From Laetmonice hystrix (Eukaryota), in NCBI GenBank assembly GCA_965235115.1, contig OZ249449.1:9300001-9364000 (forward strand): a DNA stretch of 64,000 nucleotides, written 5' to 3'. Under the pieces are notes generated by a model, which did no database searches, had not been told where the DNA came from, and was given only the letters and a program-made list of their open reading frames with translations. The position numbers were made by a program, and so were the translations under genes. Position 1 is the first letter of the stretch; every line of letters starts with the position of its first letter. Below, piece after piece: positions 61,801 to 64,000 of this stretch.

Positions 61801-64000
61801 CGTAGGGAGAAAGAATAATCTGGGTACAGAGTCGACTGTTCAACAGGTAAGGATCGTAGGGAGAAAGAATAATCCGGGCACAGAGTCGACTGTTCAACAG
61901 GTAAAGATCGTAGGGAGAAAGAATAATCTGGGTACCGAGTCGACTGTTCAACAGGTAAAGATCGTAGGGAGAAAGAATAATCTGGGTACAGAGTCGACTG
62001 TTCAACAGGTAAGGATCGTAGGGAGAAAGAATAATCTGGGCACAGAGTCGACTGTTCAACAGGTAAGGATCGTAGGGAGAAAGAATAATCTGGGCACAGA
62101 GTCGACTGTTCAACAGGTAAGGATCGTAGGCAGAAAGAATAATCTGGGCACAGAGTCGACTGTTCAACAGGTAAGGATCGTAGGCAGAAAGATAAACCTA
62201 CACCATGATATTTCTGTCAATGTATGGAGATACAGTAACTAAAGGTAGGGAGAATGTCAAAATATACATGAGTCAAAGTCAAGGTTGATTTCAGACATGC
62301 CCGAGAATAGCCATATATTATTCCACTACCACACGTTGTTTGTCAAATATTCCGTCGTCAGCTTCGTGTTGCTCATGCCTTGTAATTGTAGCAAGTCCGC
62401 TGGGGGTGGGTTAAACCCCCTCCAAGCGCCCCCCCCCCCCCCCCACAAAGTGGGTCCACCACTGAGCGCTGACATTTTCAATTTCTACTGATCATTAGCA
62501 ATTCAACACAAGTTTCCGTAAGTAATATGTGCACCATATACAAAAGATACCCTGAGATTGTACTATTATTGTGTTATTTTTTTATCTCAGAGACTGGAGA
62601 ACGTGTTGGGATTTAAACTTGTCATCAAGACCTGCGCCAGCTCGTTCTTCTGTCTGAGTTGTCAGGACAAACTGAGTACAATCGAACGCCTGACTGACGA
62701 CTTTCGCACCACATACATACACACACAGGCCACTCATCTGTAAGTTGGAGCAAGGATTCTTTTTTTATACAATTTTTTCCATCATTAGAATTAAATAAAA
62801 ATTTCAGTAAAAATTGGGATAAAAGAAAGTGGGCTTTAATTTGTTTATTCAGAAGATGATGTTAAATAACTTATTGTTTTCTACTAGAGTCCCGCCAGAA
62901 GACGTCACATGTCAAGGTCACCCAGACCAAGAGGTCAAGGCCACTCTCAAGGTAACTAGATCTTTGATTTGAGGTGCAAGAGCAGATATTTACGCATCCA
63001 CTTAAAATAATGAGGCCAACAAAGCTAACAAATTGTTTCATGGTGAGTAACCTTGATGTAATCTACATTTTATCTTTATCATTTTATGGCAATCCTGTGG
63101 GTACCAGCTAGTCTTAATTTTTTTTTCTTGTTGGCACAACAGGTTTGAAGAAGACTAAATAATTTTGTGTCTTTTTGGCATCATTCAATATTTAGATTAA
63201 GTCTCTCAGTTTCTGAGCCCATGAGCTGAGCAGAGCTTGTAGGGGCTGTTTTTACAATGGTATTTCCTAGATAACCCCAAATTTTGATAAACTGTACATT
63301 TGACTGTACCTTTAAAATATATAAAATCCGAAAATAATTTTATAATAATTGAAATAAACACATGTTGTCTTCAATTCAGGACAACATCATCACACCTGAT
63401 GCAAATGATGGTCACCAGGTGGCAGCAACATCCGAGCAAGCCCAGGAGGAATCGTGTTCAGTGCCCCCTGGTACCGATATGGTGACAACCCCAGTGGAGC
63501 CGAAGCCACCTGCACGGAAAAGAGGCCGACCCAGAAAAGTCAATCCTGCAAACGATGGTCACCAGGTGGCAGCAACATCCGAGCAACCCCAGGAGGAATC
63601 GTGTTCAGTGCTCCCTGGTACCGATATGGTGACAACCCCAGTGGAGCCGAAGCCACCTGCACGGAAAAGAGGCCGACCCAGAAAAGTCAATCCTGGCACG
63701 GCAACGTTGAATCAAACAATCCCTAAGAAACGGTCCTGTATGCAGAAAGAACCAAAGCAAAATGAGTCGGCTGCTGCAAAACCTGAAATCTCTGGTAGTG
63801 AAAATAATTCCGAGAACCTGGCTGATTTAGAGAGCTGTAACCAGGCGCCAGCGTCTGAGAAAAACTCTGGGCAGGCGAAACCTCCGAGGTCTCGAAGGAA
63901 ACAAGCATTGACTCACATTATAAGGAAGCAATCCTTCGAGAGTCGGGAACAAGAAAACGGAAGTCAGATGGGAGGTGTCGTCAAATCATCCGAGTCGGGA
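55821..64000 (+). CDS. Gene C: ZAD-like domain plus 2 AT-hook protein (coding exons 55821-55952, 62591-62739, 62888-62951, 63380->64000)
   Basis: Phases 0, 2, 0 match with GT-AG. The joined sequence CLVC..NVFENNL..QQ|RLENVL..TCASSFFCLSC..DDFRTTY aligns with the gene B ZADs. The last exon is stop-free to the window end with RKRGRPRK twice. Confidence 0.85.
55919..62191 (+). repeat. 54-bp tandem array (116 units) made of gene C exon end plus 5' splice site
   Basis: Unit = GAATAATCTGGGCACAGAGTCGACTGTTCAACAG|gtaaggatcgtagggagaaa. First donor GT at 55953, last at 62171; 6218 = 115x54 + 4x2 (four +2 variant units). Confidence 0.98.
63401..63692 (+). repeat. 147-bp (49-aa) in-exon tandem duplication, each copy carrying an AT-hook
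   Basis: gcaaa(t/c)gatggtcaccagg starts at 63401 and 63548; ANDGHQVAATSEQ.QEESCSV.PGTDMVTTPVEPKPPARKRGRPRKVNP twice. Confidence 0.93.

Noticed and set aside
55842-62167. Long minus-strand ORFs (300-650 aa) and the 549-aa plus-strand ORF across the 54-bp array
   Set aside because: The minus-strand ORFs are products of a stop-free repeat unit. Only 55821-55952 of the plus ORF is securely coding; the rest depends on alternative donor use (see finding).

Overview
Eukaryotic, intron-rich, repeat-rich DNA from an invertebrate animal, probably a deuterostome such as an echinoderm (inferred from gene structure and repeat style, not verified). I reconstructed four spliced genes by hand from splice signals and codon phase. 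(B) A minus-strand gene with two tandem ZAD-like zinc domains, probably spliced to a 7-finger C2H2 exon that runs off the left edge. (A) SNAPC2 on the minus strand, head-to-head with (G) a complete 9-exon, 424-aa GSK3 on the plus strand. (C) A plus-strand paralogue of B (ZAD-like plus two AT-hooks) that runs off the right edge. The most striking feature is a 6.3-kb array of a 54-bp unit that is itself a copy of gene C's exon/intron junction, giving 116 tandem 5' splice donors in the middle of the ZAD; the first 28 are in frame. Other features: TTAA-flanked (Kolobok/T2-like) MITEs carrying CTCF-like sites in convergent orientation around SNAPC2-GSK3, a triple-nested transposon with all target-site duplications visible, a hAT derivative with an apparent 5-bp TSD, a spliced transposase remnant in GSK3 intron 2, a candidate Gly-rich GSK3 cassette exon, and at least six further unrelated minisatellites. 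No rRNA, tRNA gene or CRISPR array is supported.
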